Shown piece after piece: positions 17,629 to 27,798 of a stretch of DNA of 32,997 nucleotides (positions are counted from its first letter, which is position 1; every line of letters starts with the position of its first letter). The position numbers and the translations under genes were made by a program. This DNA is from an uncultured Clavibacter sp. (lineage in GTDB: Bacteria > Actinomycetota > Actinomycetes > Nanopelagicales > Nanopelagicaceae). The stretch spans positions 15,675 through 48,671 of the forward strand of contig CAZGMF010000004.1 of assembly GCA_964526795.1 (NCBI GenBank). Direction: 5' to 3'. Below the pieces are notes generated by a model. It had not been told where the DNA came from. It ran no database searches and worked only from the letters and a program-made list of their open reading frames with translations.

Positions 17629-18308
17629 AGCATCACCACGCTCCCCTGCCGGCCGGTCCGATCATCACGTCGATAGGAAAAATAATTATCATCTTCGAAG
17701 GTGCATCGAGTCGAGATAACGCTACGAATTCCTGCGCTCTCTAATTGGGAGTGAAGACCTGAAACTAGATCCAAACAATGTCGCTCTTCATCGGTCGCAG
17801 TGGCTGGAATCTGAGCAACAACATCGCGGTACATCTCCATCTCTACTTCGTAGCATCCGCCGCAGATTGAAGCTCCTAGTTCAGCGCTGATTTGATCGGC
17901 AGAGATGTTCTGTTCGGCGAAAAGGTCGATGACTTCAGTCGCGATTCCTGCGACCAAGCCTTTACGACCCACATGAACTGCGGCGATCGCGCCCTTGGAA
18001 TACATCAGTAGCGGGATGCAATCTGCGGTCAAGACAACCAAAGCCAGGCCTGGCTCGGTAGTAAAGAGCGCATCTACGGCAGCAGGGTTCGTCGAATCAC
18101 TGGCGGAGGTGATGGTGGCAACGTCTTTGCCATGAACTTGATTCATATAAAAAACTTGTGCCGGATCAACTCCGAGAGAGCGAGCAAGAATGTTTCGGTT
18201 TTCTACTACCGAAGTGGGGTTGTCGCCAACATGAAGTGCAAGATTTAAATCACGAAATGCCCCGGTGCTGACTCCCCCGTGACGATCAGTGAAGACAGCC
18301 CGTGCCAT
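17625..18308 (-). CDS. pgeF: YfiH/PgeF-family laccase-domain protein (peptidoglycan editing factor / purine nucleoside phosphorylase)
   Basis: 227 aa with FTDRHGGVS, QVHG, TADCIPLL, HVGRKGL and CGGCYEV, the signature residues of DUF152/YfiH. It occupies the conserved slot directly after ftsZ. Confidence 0.88.
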   Translation of the reverse strand: MARAVFTDRHGGVSTGAFRDLNLALHVGDNPTSVVENRNILARSLGVDPAQVFYMNQVHGKDVATITSASDSTNPAAVDALFTTEPGLALVVLTADCIPLLMYSKGAIAAVHVGRKGLVAGIATEVIDLFAEQNISADQISAELGASICGGCYEVEMEMYRDVVAQIPATATDEERHCLDLVSGLHSQLESAGIRSVISTRCTFEDDNYFSYRRDDRTGRQGSVVML

Positions 18309-18314
18309 CTCGCC

Positions 18315-19442
18315 TTACTTCATGAAATCAGGAACATCAATCTCATCTTCATTGACCAATTCCTGGAAAGTAATCCGGCGGCGAGGCTTCTCAGGTTCGG
18401 CAGTCGCGACCGCAATCGGATCGTTAGCGGGAATTGGATCTGCTTGGCCGTTGAGGGCCGCTGCGGTGATGACCGGCATTTCGATTCGCTTTGGTGCGCC
18501 ACCTTCGAATCCGGCTGCGATGACAGTCACGCGGACTTCATCACCCAGTGCATCATCAATGACCGTTCCAAAGATGATGTTGGCATCAGGATGTGCGCTC
18601 TGATTGACCAAGTTTGCGGCTTCATGAATCTCAAAGAGTCCTAGATCTGATCCGCCAGCAATCGAGAGGAGAACGCCACGGGCGCCATCAATCGATGCCT
18701 CAAGAAGTGGTGATGAGATCGCAAGTTCGGCAGCGCGAGTGGCGCGAGATTCGCCACGTGCCGATCCAATTCCCATTAATGCAGAACCTGCACCGGCCAT
18801 CACGCTCTTCACATCTGCGAAATCAAGATTGATAAGACCTGGCGTGGTGATTAATTCAGTGATTCCTTGAACACCCGAGAGGAGTACGGCATCTGCTGAT
18901 TTAAATGCTTCTGGCGCTGAGATTGATCGATCAGAGATGGAGAGCAGTCGATCATTTGGAATGACGATGAGCGTATCGACTTCCTTGCGCAATTCTTCGA
19001 TTCCTTCTTCTGCGCGATTGGCGCGAAGTTTGCCTTCGAAAGTAAATGGTCGAGTGACAACACCAACGGTGAGAGCGCCGAGTTCTTTGGCAATCTTTGC
19101 AACAACGGGAGCGCCACCAGTTCCAGTTCCGCCACCTTCGCCCGCGGTAACAAAGACCATATCTGAACCGCGAAGTGCTTCTTCAATCTCTTCGGTGTGA
19201 TCGATCGCCGCTTGTTTGCCGACTTCGGGATTTGCACCGGCGCCAAGACCACGCGTGAGTTTTCTGCCGATATCCAATTTCACATCAGCATCACACATCA
19301 ATAAATCTTGGGTGTCAGTGTTGATCGCAATGAATTCGACACCTTTCAATCCGGCATCGATCATTCGATTCACTGCATTGCCGCCTGCGCCACCAACGCC
19401 AACAACTTTGATGACTGCCAAATAATTCTGCGGAGTCGCCAC
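18315..19442 (-). CDS. ftsZ: Cell division GTPase FtsZ
   Basis: 375 aa with the tubulin signature [20 protein letters not shown] and the C-terminal peptide [10 protein letters not shown]. The start is GTG with GAGAGG 6 nt upstream. Confidence 0.97.
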   Translation of the reverse strand: MATPQNYLAVIKVVGVGGAGGNAVNRMIDAGLKGVEFIAINTDTQDLLMCDADVKLDIGRKLTRGLGAGANPEVGKQAAIDHTEEIEEALRGSDMVFVTAGEGGGTGTGGAPVVAKIAKELGALTVGVVTRPFTFEGKLRANRAEEGIEELRKEVDTLIVIPNDRLLSISDRSISAPEAFKSADAVLLSGVQGITELITTPGLINLDFADVKSVMAGAGSALMGIGSARGESRATRAAELAISSPLLEASIDGARGVLLSIAGGSDLGLFEIHEAANLVNQSAHPDANIIFGTVIDDALGDEVRVTVIAAGFEGGAPKRIEMPVITAAALNGQADPIPANDPIAVATAEPEKPRRRITFQELVNEDEIDVPDFMK

Positions 19443-19508
19443 TTTCTGCCTCTCTTTGAACTCTAATTCTCAACTTTAGACTTAGAGTTTCCTCTGAATG
19501 TGCGCGCA

Positions 19509-19537
19509 AAAGTAGGCGCGCAAGGCCCTGCTATCAA
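19509..19537 (-). promoter_or_regulatory. Candidate sigma-70/HrdB-type promoter for ftsZ
   Basis: The minus strand reads TTGATA-N17-TACTTT. The -35 corresponds to plus-strand 19532-19537 and the -10 to 19509-19514. This would give a ~60-nt leader to the GTG at 19442. It is predicted from sequence only. Confidence 0.35.
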
Positions 19538-19579
19538 ACACCGACACGAATGAGTTAGAGAGAAATATTTTTTTCTTAC

Positions 19580-20317
19580 TTATCGAACTGTTGGATTGAT
19601 GGGATCGGAAAGATCAATTCTCTTCACTGATTTATTCTCAGGTGCGGCAAGAAGTGCTTCTAAAACGCGCTCTTTTAACTCCAACTCTTGGACACTCCCC
19701 CAGAGAATCTCTACCTTCTTGCCATTGATCTTGATGCTCGAACTCACATCGCCTGGACTCGGCGCTGAGATAGCCAGCAATTCGATATTCGCCTTCGCCA
19801 TCGCGGTAATGAGGGTCTTGATGTCCTCCAGGGTGGCGCGATCTCGCGCGGATTCTCGCAAGATTGGAAGAGCGCCCCAATCCCCTGCACCAGCGCTCGA
19901 TGCAGACTTCACGGCGCTTGCAGCCAAGGTGAAGAATTCCAGATTGCTAGAGAGATAAGTGATGGTGGCGCCTGCCCCACTGAGTTGGGCGATCGGATCA
20001 CGTGGGGTAATTCCGATGCGAACCTCGCCGTTGATGAAATTCCTTCGAATGGAAACTTTGTCAACCCAAAGTAAAGTGCGAAGCCGAGCGTTGATGACCC
20101 GTTTGTCTACTCGCGCCAGTTTCTCGCCGATGGTGATGGCTGCTGGCGGAGCGTCAAGAACGGTCTTTATTTCTTTTGCTACAAGAGAATCAGGAAGTGC
20201 GATCGTCACTTTTTTCACCGAAAAGATCGATGACCAACCAAAGAGATAGGTGAGAGCAAGAAGGAGGAGTAGCGCCACAACGGCGGTCAAGCTCCGAAAT
20301 ACTCGCTTCTTTCTCAT
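19580..20317 (-). CDS. ftsQ: Cell division protein FtsQ (POTRA-domain, single-pass membrane)
   Basis: 245 aa with an N-terminal basic segment plus a transmembrane helix (LTAVVALLLLLALTYLF), then a POTRA-like region (FSVKKVTI). It lies between murC and ftsZ. Its ATG overlaps the murC stop as ATGA. Confidence 0.85.
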   Translation of the reverse strand: MRKKRVFRSLTAVVALLLLLALTYLFGWSSIFSVKKVTIALPDSLVAKEIKTVLDAPPAAITIGEKLARVDKRVINARLRTLLWVDKVSIRRNFINGEVRIGITPRDPIAQLSGAGATITYLSSNLEFFTLAASAVKSASSAGAGDWGALPILRESARDRATLEDIKTLITAMAKANIELLAISAPSPGDVSSSIKINGKKVEILWGSVQELELKERVLEALLAAPENKSVKRIDLSDPINPTVR

Positions 20318-21711
20318 TCGGAGAGATTTGCAATAATCAAGGGAGCAAGAGAGCTGACATCCCCGGCTCCAAGAGTCAGGATGAGATCACCCGCCCGCGC
20401 TTGCTTTACTACAGAGGCGATGACCTCTGGCATAGACGGTTCATAGATGACCTTTGAAGCATCCATCTTGGATGCAATCGAGTGCGAGGTGATTCCTGGG
20501 ATTGGTTTCTCACTCGCTGGATAGATCTCAAGAAGATAGACCAGATCGGCACTGTTCAATTCGCTAGCAAATTCCGCTGCGAATGCTTGGGTTCGACTGA
20601 AGCGGTGTGGCTGGAAAATCGCGATAACTCGTCCTGATCCGACGAAATCACGTGCGGTGGCCAAGGTCGCCCGAATCTCCGTTGGATGATGGCCATAGTC
20701 ATCAACCACGGTGATGCCTGCCGATACACCTTTGATTTCAAAACGACGTCGAGCGCCAGTGAAAATTGCCAGCCCGGCAATGATTTCCGCTGCCGGAGCT
20801 CCGAGTTCGATTCCTGCGGCAAGAGAGGCAGCAGCGTTGAGCAGATTGTGACGCCCGGGAATAGTAAGTTCTAATTCGCCGAGAACACTTCCCCGCAATG
20901 TCGCTCGAGCCCGAGCGCTTCGCGCCGCCAAATGAACTCGATCAATCACAAGATCTGCATCGGCGGATTCGCCATATGTGATGATAGAGATATCAGCACG
21001 CAATATCGGAAGTTTCTTCAGCAGTCTGACTACACCGGGGTCGTCGATACACGCCACGAGAAATGCACTGCGGGCCATACTCGCAATGAAACTTTCAAAT
21101 GCTCTATCGATACTTGCCAGGTCTTTGAAGTTATCGACATGGTCCAGTTCGATATTGGTGATGATTGCCCCTGATGGTTTGTACGCGATGAATGATCCAT
21201 CCGACTCATCAGCTTCGACCACGAAAATATTCCCGGTCCCATGATGGGCATTCGTTCCAGAATTGCGAACGGCAGCACCGATTGCAAACGATGGATCGAG
21301 TCGACAATGTTGTAGCGCCACAGTGAGCATTGAGGTTGTGGTTGTCTTGCCGTGCGTACCCGCAACCGCAACGGATGTATAACCTTGCATCAGCTCGGCT
21401 AGAAAGTTCGCTCGCTCCCAGATTGGCATGCCGTTATCGTGCGCAGCGCGAAGTTCTGGATTGGAAACTGGAATGGCACTGGATCGAACGATGCTGTCCT
21501 TATCGCGATTCAATCCTGCGACATTTTTTGCATCATGGTCAAGAAAGATAGAAACACCGGAGGCTTTTAAACTCTCTAAAACCGGAGATGGATGCAGGTC
21601 CGAACCGCTCACTGTTGCCCCGCGCGCTAGGGCAATCTTGGCGATTCCGCTCATGCCAGAGCCACCGATACCTACGAAATGAACGCGTCTACCTGACCAA
21701 TCTGCAGTCAT
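20314..21711 (-). CDS. murC: UDP-N-acetylmuramate--L-alanine ligase
   Basis: 465 aa with VHFVGIGGSGMSGIA, AGTHGKTTTTSM and Mur-ligase middle and C-terminal domains (DDYGHHPTE). Confidence 0.95.
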   Translation of the reverse strand: MTADWSGRRVHFVGIGGSGMSGIAKIALARGATVSGSDLHPSPVLESLKASGVSIFLDHDAKNVAGLNRDKDSIVRSSAIPVSNPELRAAHDNGMPIWERANFLAELMQGYTSVAVAGTHGKTTTTSMLTVALQHCRLDPSFAIGAAVRNSGTNAHHGTGNIFVVEADESDGSFIAYKPSGAIITNIELDHVDNFKDLASIDRAFESFIASMARSAFLVACIDDPGVVRLLKKLPILRADISIITYGESADADLVIDRVHLAARSARARATLRGSVLGELELTIPGRHNLLNAAASLAAGIELGAPAAEIIAGLAIFTGARRRFEIKGVSAGITVVDDYGHHPTEIRATLATARDFVGSGRVIAIFQPHRFSRTQAFAAEFASELNSADLVYLLEIYPASEKPIPGITSHSIASKMDASKVIYEPSMPEVIASVVKQARAGDLILTLGAGDVSSLAPLIIANLSE

Positions 21712-22796
21712 TGCTGCACCACCGCCGCGGCCAACGCCAGATCTGCGATCCGCTCCGCTGCGCCGATATGAACTGCTGAGGGCATCCGCCCCAATGACTC
21801 AGCTGACATGAGCGCGGCAGGAAGTTTCTCTTTGAGCCATTCCGCAGTGAATTGGGAATCTGAAATTGCGATCGCTCGACCTTGGCGCACGAGCGAATCA
21901 GCGTTGGTGACTTGTTCCCCGTTCCCATGCGGCAGTGGAATCAAGATGGCATAACTACCCACTGTTGCAATCTCAGCGCAGGTCACAGCGCCGCTTCGAG
22001 TAATGAGCAGATCTGCACTCCCATAGATGGAGGCCATATCGTGGAAATAAGGAACCGGAAGATAGCCAGCGGATGATTTCGGAAGTGGATTGTTAACTCC
22101 GGAGGCGTGGATGATCTGGCAATTTCCTCTCTCGCTCCTTGATGCAAGGAATTCGGCAATGACGGAGTTGATATGCCGAGAGCCTTGAGATCCGCCGAAG
22201 ATCGCAACGACGGGCCGGGAAGGATCAAAACCCCAGCTTTCACAATGCAAACGTCGGAACTCATCTCGCTGTGCAGCCGACATTCCATGAATTGCGACAA
22301 CGGGTTCGCGAAGAGGAATGCCAGTCAAAACCGAACTCGGCCATGACTCTCTCACTTCTTCAAAAGTCGTTGCAACAACTCTCGCCCAGCGACGTGCCAA
22401 TCGATTGGCCCAACCTGGTTTTGCATTTGCTTCATGGATTGCGATGGGGATGCCAAGAGATTTTGCCGCTAAATATGCAGAGGCGCTGACATAACCGCCA
22501 AAACCTATGACCACATCGGCGCCTTTGATTGCCTCTCTGGATGAAAGAAATGAGGCGATGATCCGGAAAGGAAATGTCAAAGTTGCCGGAGAAAATCCTC
22601 GTGGAAGTGTGACTTTAGGGATGGTGCGAAGTTGATACCCAGCCTTTGGAATGAGGAGATTCTCCAGTCCCTCACGGGTTCCAAGAAAGATGCATTCGGC
22701 ATCACTTCGCACTTTTCGAATTGCATCTGCGACTGCAAGAGCCGGCTCGATATGTCCTGCCGTACCGCCACCGGCGAGCAGAATTCGAAGCGTCAT
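21708..22796 (-). CDS. murG: Undecaprenyldiphospho-muramoylpentapeptide beta-N-acetylglucosaminyltransferase
   Basis: 362 aa with LAGGGTAGHIEPALA, GFGGYVS and RSGAVTCAEI, consistent with the GT28 family. Confidence 0.94.
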   Translation of the reverse strand: MTLRILLAGGGTAGHIEPALAVADAIRKVRSDAECIFLGTREGLENLLIPKAGYQLRTIPKVTLPRGFSPATLTFPFRIIASFLSSREAIKGADVVIGFGGYVSASAYLAAKSLGIPIAIHEANAKPGWANRLARRWARVVATTFEEVRESWPSSVLTGIPLREPVVAIHGMSAAQRDEFRRLHCESWGFDPSRPVVAIFGGSQGSRHINSVIAEFLASRSERGNCQIIHASGVNNPLPKSSAGYLPVPYFHDMASIYGSADLLITRSGAVTCAEIATVGSYAILIPLPHGNGEQVTNADSLVRQGRAIAISDSQFTAEWLKEKLPAALMSAESLGRMPSAVHIGAAERIADLALAAAVVQQ

Positions 22797-22800
22797 ATGC

Positions 22801-24000
22801 CTATCCTCTCGCAGCGCGAGCGGCTTTCTTCTCCTTTATCTCTGCTGCAATAACGGGGTCGCGCTTAAGTACGCCTAGGACAAAACCCATCGCGATAAAT
22901 GAAGAGAGCAGCGAGGAGCCACCATAGGAGATGAACGGCAAGGTCACACCAACCACAGGCATTACCGAGATGACCGTTCCGATATTGAGCAAAACTTGAA
23001 CTGCAAACCAACATCCGACTCCCGCGGTGGCATAGCGTTCAAATGAATTCGGCGATCGCAGCGCCACTCGAAAGATTGCCAAAATAAGAATTGTGAAAAG
23101 AGAGAGCACGGCAAGTGTTCCCAGTAATCCGAGTTCTTCTCCGATAACGGCGAAGATGAAATCTGTATGCGCTTCTGGGAGATTGCCCCACTTCTGTTTG
23201 CTTGAACCAAGACCGGTTCCGAGCGCTCCGCCTGAAGCAAGTCCCATGATGCTATGGGCCTGCTGCCATCCCACTCCTTTGTAGTTTTGCTGAGAGAAGG
23301 GATCGAAGAATGCCGAGAATCGATTGAGTCGGTTCTGCGATGTGAAGACGAGTCCGGCAAATCCAGCGCCGAAAATAACCCCGAAGAAACCCAAAGTACG
23401 CATCGGTATCCCTGAGATGAAGAGCATTCCGCCGACGATGGCTGCGACCACCACAGCGGTGCCGAGATCCTTGCCCAACAGGATCAGCAACATCATCACT
23501 GCCACTCCAGGAAGAATCAAGAAGAGTGGATTGCTGAACTCGCCTCTGGCAATGCGGGCATCATGGATACGAAGGCGTAATGCGCACCAGATGATCAATC
23601 CAACTTTGGCGAATTCGCTTGGTTGGATTGTGAAGGAACCAATGCCAATCCAATTGGTATTGCCGCCAACAGTCTTTCCGATGCCAGGAACTTGGGGCAG
23701 AATCAAGAAGATGGCAGAGACGATAAATGAAGCACGAGCAATCGGTATCCAGAGAGATTCTTTGAGATTCATCGCAAGCCACGCCAGTGGAATCGAGAGC
23801 GCGAGAAAGAGCGCTTGACGTACGACGACGGCAAAAGAATTCCCTGATTCGTTTAATGCCGTGACCGAACTCGCACTTAGGACCATCACAAGTCCTAATC
23901 CGGTGAGGATGGTGACCGAACCAAGGATGAGGTAATAGGCCGATGTCGGCTTGGAGAAAAGTGGAGTTCTCGTGTTATGTGACCCAGTCTTATTTAGCAT
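22801..24000 (-). CDS. ftsW: SEDS-family peptidoglycan glycosyltransferase FtsW
   Basis: Polytopic membrane protein with the SEDS motifs QPSEFAK, TDFIFAVIGEELG and LPFISYGGSS. I chose the ATG at 24000 (MLNKTG...), which overlaps murD by 11 nt. The ORF-track start at 24048 overlaps by 59 nt. Confidence 0.9.
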   Translation of the reverse strand: MLNKTGSHNTRTPLFSKPTSAYYLILGSVTILTGLGLVMVLSASSVTALNESGNSFAVVVRQALFLALSIPLAWLAMNLKESLWIPIARASFIVSAIFLILPQVPGIGKTVGGNTNWIGIGSFTIQPSEFAKVGLIIWCALRLRIHDARIARGEFSNPLFLILPGVAVMMLLILLGKDLGTAVVVAAIVGGMLFISGIPMRTLGFFGVIFGAGFAGLVFTSQNRLNRFSAFFDPFSQQNYKGVGWQQAHSIMGLASGGALGTGLGSSKQKWGNLPEAHTDFIFAVIGEELGLLGTLAVLSLFTILILAIFRVALRSPNSFERYATAGVGCWFAVQVLLNIGTVISVMPVVGVTLPFISYGGSSLLSSFIAMGFVLGVLKRDPVIAAEIKEKKAARAARG

Positions 24001-25372
24001 TGTGCGCCTCTCGTACTGCAGCAGCGAAAAGTTCGCCACGCTCTGCATAGTTCTTGAATTGATCCATGGAGGCGCAGGCCGGCGCTAGCAGCACCGTGTC
24101 GCCCGGTCCTGCAATCTTCTTGGCGCACGCCACCACTTCCTTCATCAGTGCTGCACCTTTGAGTGATGGTTCCATCATGTGACGTTGTACTTGAGGTGCG
24201 TGTTCTCGAAGTGCGCCCTCGATGATTGGGGCATCTGTTCCGATCATGATCGCTGCCTTCATTCGTGAGCCAACTTTTTTCACCAGCTCATCCATCTGAG
24301 CGCCCTTAGCGAGCCCGCCTGCAATCCAGATTGCGCTGAGTTGTGATTGGAGGGCGGCAAGCGCAGCGTGGGGATTTGTGGCCTTGGAGTCATCAATCCA
24401 GGTCGTGCCATCAAATTCACCAACAATTTCCAGTCGATGGTGATCCAAGACGAAATTTCTCAATGCTGGACCGATGTTCTCTGCAGGTGCTCCAATCGAA
24501 CGAATCAGAGCCGCTGCCGCCATCGCATTGAGGACGTTGTGAGGCGCGGCAGGCTTTACATCCGCTAACTCGAAGAGCGCTTCGGCATCACCAGAGATAA
24601 AAGCGCGATCGACAATCAGATTCTCCACCAACCCGATCTGATGCGGCGCCGGAGTTTCCAACGAGAAATAGGTGATAGGAACGGCCACATGCAAAGCTCG
24701 TTTTGTAATCTCCGGGTCGGAAGCATTGAGAATCAATTTCTTGGTGCGGGAAGCGATCCGAAATTTTGCAGAAGCATAGGCATCGAAACTTCCATGCCAA
24801 TCGATGTGATCGGCTGCGATATTGAGAATGGCAGCGCTTTCCAGTTGGAATTCTTCACTCCAGTCGAGCTGGAACGAGGAAAGTTCGAGGATGAGCAGAT
24901 CTGCCTCTGCTGCACTCACTGCTTCGATGACTGTTGTGCCGACATTGCCGCATGCTTGAGATTTGATATTAGCTGACAGTGCAATCGCCTCTGCCATCTG
25001 AACGGCGGTGGTCTTTCCGTTTGTTCCTGTCAATCCGATCCAACGTTGGTTGGGGCATAACTCTTGCTTTGCTCGCCAAGCAAGATCGATCTCACTGAGC
25101 ACTGGGATGCCAGCACTCTTGACCGAAGTAATCCAAGGATGGTCGAGTTTCCAGCCGGGAGAAACGACAGCAAGATCGAATTTGCCTCCCTGCAAATCTG
25201 GAAGAGAGTTAGAAATTCCGCTCCCGGATTTCTTCTCATCAAGGACGGTGACCTGGGCGCCATATTCGGTTAAGAATTCTTCGGTCGGGGCGCCCGTGAC
25301 TCCTGCGCCGAAAATAAGAACTTTTGCGTCACGAAGACTTGTGAGAAAGGGAGCAGAGGAAGAAGATGACAC
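23990..25372 (-). CDS. murD: UDP-N-acetylmuramoylalanine--D-glutamate ligase
   Basis: 460 aa with the Rossmann motif VLIFGAGVTG and GLTGTNGKTT, plus Mur-ligase domains. The GTG start directly abuts the mraY stop. Confidence 0.94.
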   Translation of the reverse strand: MSSSSSAPFLTSLRDAKVLIFGAGVTGAPTEEFLTEYGAQVTVLDEKKSGSGISNSLPDLQGGKFDLAVVSPGWKLDHPWITSVKSAGIPVLSEIDLAWRAKQELCPNQRWIGLTGTNGKTTAVQMAEAIALSANIKSQACGNVGTTVIEAVSAAEADLLILELSSFQLDWSEEFQLESAAILNIAADHIDWHGSFDAYASAKFRIASRTKKLILNASDPEITKRALHVAVPITYFSLETPAPHQIGLVENLIVDRAFISGDAEALFELADVKPAAPHNVLNAMAAAALIRSIGAPAENIGPALRNFVLDHHRLEIVGEFDGTTWIDDSKATNPHAALAALQSQLSAIWIAGGLAKGAQMDELVKKVGSRMKAAIMIGTDAPIIEGALREHAPQVQRHMMEPSLKGAALMKEVVACAKKIAGPGDTVLLAPACASMDQFKNYAERGELFAAAVREAHNAK

Positions 25373-26431
25373 TTAGGCAACGACCCACTGGGCATAGAAC
25401 AGACCTAGACCTGCTGCCACACAAAGTCCAGCGATAATCCAGAATCGGATGACGATTGTTACTTCGCCCCAACCCAGCAGTTCAAAATGATGTTGGAGCG
25501 GTGCCATTTTAAATACTCGTTTTCCACCTGAGATCTTGAAGTATGTGGTCTGGATAATCACAGAAAGTGTGATGATGACGAACAGTCCCCCGATGGGAAC
25601 CAACAACAACTCAGTACGTAGCGTCATTGCAAGTCCTGCAAGCGCACCACCGAGAGCGAGCGAACCGGTATCTCCCATAAAGATCCTTGCTGGAGAAGCA
25701 TTCCACCAAAGGAATCCAGCACATGCCCCCGCCAGAGCAGATGCTAGGACGGCCATATCCAGCGGGTCGCGAACCTGATAACAGTTCGAGGTCAGAACCA
25801 CTTCGCAACGCTGACCAAACTCCCAAACGCCGATCAATGTGAAGGCAAGAAATGACATCACCGCTGCGCCGCTTGCGAGTCCATCAAGACCATCGGTGAG
25901 ATTGACGCCATTGCTCGAGCCAAGGACGAGGAAGATCGCCCAGATGATCACTACAGCGGTGCCCAAGATGATTGAGGTATCGCGCACTGTAGAAAGATGT
26001 TGCGAGATCGGCGAGAGATCGCGCTCGTCAGGGAAACGTAAAGCCAGCGTTGCAAATACTCCGGCAACAAGTGCTTGACCTAAGAGTTTCTCGCGGGCGC
26101 GAAGACCGAGTGACCGTTGTTTTACTACTTTGAGCCAATCATCAAGGAAACCTACAAAACCCAGTCCGACAATCAAACCGATCACAAGGAGCGCAGAGAT
26201 GCTGATGACAGCTCCTGTTATCAGATGTGAGATGAGATAGCCGATTATTGCCGCAAGCACTAGTACCACTCCGCCCATCGTCGGAGTTCCTCTTTTGACG
26301 TGATGCGTTTTTGGACCATCATCGCGAATCTGCTGCCCATAACCGCGTTGTGCCAGATATTTGATGAAAAGTGGTGTGACGAAGAACGAGAAGAGAAATG
26401 CGAAGAGCCCCGCGACCAGTATTCCTCTCAT
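25373..26431 (-). CDS. mraY: Phospho-N-acetylmuramoyl-pentapeptide transferase
   Basis: 352 aa with [30 protein letters not shown] and APLHHHFE-like APLQHHFE. Confidence 0.96.
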   Translation of the reverse strand: MRGILVAGLFAFLFSFFVTPLFIKYLAQRGYGQQIRDDGPKTHHVKRGTPTMGGVVLVLAAIIGYLISHLITGAVISISALLVIGLIVGLGFVGFLDDWLKVVKQRSLGLRAREKLLGQALVAGVFATLALRFPDERDLSPISQHLSTVRDTSIILGTAVVIIWAIFLVLGSSNGVNLTDGLDGLASGAAVMSFLAFTLIGVWEFGQRCEVVLTSNCYQVRDPLDMAVLASALAGACAGFLWWNASPARIFMGDTGSLALGGALAGLAMTLRTELLLVPIGGLFVIITLSVIIQTTYFKISGGKRVFKMAPLQHHFELLGWGEVTIVIRFWIIAGLCVAAGLGLFYAQWVVA

Positions 26432-27798
26432 TGTTTATCTCCCATTCTTTCCACAATCTTCGCGGCCAATTCTTCTAGATGTTCTGCTCGCGAGGCTTTG
26501 ACCAAGATGACATCTCCTGATTCAAATCTATCAATCAGCAATGCGGCCTCTTTGGAATCAGAACAGTAATGCTCGTGGGTCTCTGAACGAGCCGAACCAA
26601 GCAGAAGGTCGCGATTGGCGATTGCTACGAGGTGATCAATCTTCAATTCATGGGCCAGAGCTCCAACCTCATGATGAAGAGATGCCGACTCATCTCCCAA
26701 TTCATGCATCGTTGAGAGGAATGCCCACGACCTGCCACCGTGTTCTTGACTGAGAAGTGCAAGTGTTCGAAGGGCTGCCGTCATACTTTCAGGGTTGGCG
26801 TTATAACAATCATTGATCAGCACGATTCCATCTAGCTCATGGAGCTCCATACGCCAACGAGATGTTGGTTCATGACTGGAGAGAGCCGAAGCGATGTGAA
26901 GCGTTGAGACCCCCAAGGAATAAGCAATCGCTGCCGCTGCGAGTGCGTTGGCAGTTTGATGAGCTCCGAGCAATCGCAAACTCACCGGTTCACGACCTTC
27001 TGGAGTCACCAGATCGAAATGAGGAAATCCCCCACGGATCTCAAGGTCGGCCGCGCGAACTTTGCAATCTGCGCTCTCGCCAAATGTGATGACAGTTCGA
27101 TTAAGCCCGACTGCCATAGCGGGAGTGAATTCGTCGTAACAACCTAAAATTGCGATTCCGCCATCGCTAAGGCCATGGATTAATTCGGCTTTGGTCTGGG
27201 CAATCTTCGATCGAGAACCGAATTCACCGAGATGGGCAGTTCCGACTTTGAGAACGGCACCAACGTTCGGTGCTGCGATCTTGGCAAGCGCTGCAATATC
27301 TCCCATATGCCGAGCGCCCATCTCGACGATGCAAAATCGCGTCGCAGGTGAACAGTTCAACAGTGTCAATGGTGCGCCTAATTCATTGTTGAACGAACCT
27401 TGAGCCGCAACGGTCGATCCGACCTGTGAGAGAACGGTATTGAGGATGTCTTTTGTGGTGGTCTTGCCTTGCGAACCGGTGATCCCAATTACCGTCAATT
27501 CTTTCAATTTGCGGCGAACATGTGCCGCCAACGAAGCGACAGCGGCGAGAACATCTGAAACGAGAATATGTGGCATGTCCACAGAACGCGTGGTGAGCGC
27601 AAGTGCCGCACCGCGACTCTTGGCATCGGCGATAAATTCATGGCCATCGGTTTTTTCACCTTTGAGAGCCAGGAAGATGTCGCCAGGTTTCACCGATCGT
27701 GAATCAAAGACACACCCTGCTTTTACAGAAAGTGAGGCAGGGCCGTGGAATTGACCACCAACGATCTCGGCGATCTCTTGCGCAGTCATTTCAATCAT
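26428..27798 (-). CDS. murF: UDP-N-acetylmuramoyl-tripeptide--D-alanyl-D-alanine ligase
   Basis: 456 aa with [23 protein letters not shown] and Mur-ligase architecture. There are ATGA overlaps at both ends. Confidence 0.94.
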   Translation of the reverse strand: MIEMTAQEIAEIVGGQFHGPASLSVKAGCVFDSRSVKPGDIFLALKGEKTDGHEFIADAKSRGAALALTTRSVDMPHILVSDVLAAVASLAAHVRRKLKELTVIGITGSQGKTTTKDILNTVLSQVGSTVAAQGSFNNELGAPLTLLNCSPATRFCIVEMGARHMGDIAALAKIAAPNVGAVLKVGTAHLGEFGSRSKIAQTKAELIHGLSDGGIAILGCYDEFTPAMAVGLNRTVITFGESADCKVRAADLEIRGGFPHFDLVTPEGREPVSLRLLGAHQTANALAAAAIAYSLGVSTLHIASALSSHEPTSRWRMELHELDGIVLINDCYNANPESMTAALRTLALLSQEHGGRSWAFLSTMHELGDESASLHHEVGALAHELKIDHLVAIANRDLLLGSARSETHEHYCSDSKEAALLIDRFESGDVILVKASRAEHLEELAAKIVERMGDKQ

